Below, piece by piece: positions 62,985 to 64,000 of a DNA stretch of 64,000 nucleotides (positions are counted from its first letter, which is position 1; the number at the start of each line of letters is the position of its first letter). The DNA is from Nageia nagi (lineage: Eukaryota; Plantae; Pinophyta), in assembly GCA_050084985.1 (NCBI GenBank), contig JBITNC010000001.1, positions 136,090,001-136,154,000 of the forward strand, written 5' to 3'. The notes beneath the pieces were generated by a model. It was not told where the DNA came from. It did not search any database and worked only from the letters and a program-made list of their open reading frames with translations. The translations under genes were made by a program, and so were the position numbers.

Positions 62985-64000
62985 GGCACTAAATATTTCT
63001 CAAAGTCAGACTTAAGATTATGATATCATTAGAGAAGAGTGAGAGAGGAGGATGTCCATACAATAACTTTTTAGTGTCACTATGACCATTACAAGTTCTT
63101 GGTCATGCCATTCAAACTAACGAATGCACCTTCTACTTTTCATGCCACATGAACCATATTTTTCATAGAAAAGTCCAAAATTATGTACTAATATTGTTCA
63201 ATGACATACTAGTATACAACCAGATCTAGGAGGATCACCTACAACACTTAGACACCATCCTTGGCATCTTAAAATAACAACAATTCTATGCCAAGGAATC
63301 CAAGTGTGATTTCAGGCTAACAAAAATTCTATACTTGGGCCATTATATTAGTGAAGAAGGAGTACAAGTGGATCCAAAAATAATTATAGTAATCTGGCAA
63401 TGGTCGAAACCATCTACCCTTATAAAACTTGGAGGATTTCTAGGAATCTAGAATTATTACAAAAAATTTATTAAAGGATTCTCTCAACTATTTGCATTCC
63501 TAACATATATAACTAAAAAAGGAGCCTTTATTTAGGACCAAAAAGCCTAAATACCTTCAAGGTTTTAAAAAATTTAATGACTTATTTCCCTCTTCTACTA
63601 ATTCTTGACTTCATAAAATCATTCATAGTTAAATGCATCACATCTGAGTTTGGGATAGGAGTTTTCCTCACATAAAATAGATACTCAATTGTTTATGATA
63701 GAAAAAAAATTGATAAAATAGAAAAAATATTTATATTTATGAAAAATAAATGTTAGTGATCATGCATGATTTATTAAAATTAAGGCAATACTTGGTTTGT
63801 GGGTGATTCAAGGTTAAAATTAACCATATTAGTTTGAAGCATTTCCTAAGACAACAAGACTTGAGAGAAAGATAGCAATGATGGATCACCAAATTACAAG
63901 AATATAACTTTGAAATTGAGTATTTTAAAGGGAAAAATAATACAATATCTAACATTCTTTCATGATCTCCAATATTTCACTCACTATTCATGTTTAATAA
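62985..64000 (+). pseudogene. Ty3/gypsy (chromovirus-like) RT-RNase H fragment, running off the window end
   Basis: KYFSK.DLR; HYKFLVMPFKLTNAPSTF; FNDILVY; YLGHYISEEGVQVDPK; GFLG; LQEYNFEIEYFKGKNN. Confidence 0.9.

Overview
AT-rich plant nuclear DNA (large-genome, gymnosperm-like appearance; species not determinable from sequence alone). It is almost entirely nested, heavily C>T/G>A-decayed transposons, with no intact host protein-coding gene that I can support. In order: (1) 3' part of a CACTA/En-Spm element (1-4733). (2) An old tandem segmental duplication (~4734-14003 vs ~18329-27192) whose two copies received different later LTR insertions, each with a TSD. (3) Several Tat-like Ty3/gypsy elements: a family with a tRNA-Trp-type PBS and a G-patch (14.0-18.4 kb on minus, 55.1-60.1 kb on plus) and non-autonomous relatives with tRNA-Lys-type PBS and mini-hairpin arrays. 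(4) A full-length fossil chromovirus (27622-33299). (5) A decayed copia (40106-46151) whose primer-binding site is split by a very young, GC/CpG-rich 2.56-kb non-autonomous LTR element (40880-43437; 217-bp LTRs, 3 mismatches by my count) carrying an unexplained antisense ORF. (6) One apparently unique, CpG-retaining island (~51.5-53.1 kb) with a minus-strand intron signature, which is the best candidate for an unannotated transcript. (7) A copia LTR/gag and a gypsy RT-RH fragment at the end. All calls were made by eye; boundaries without a TSD are approximate.
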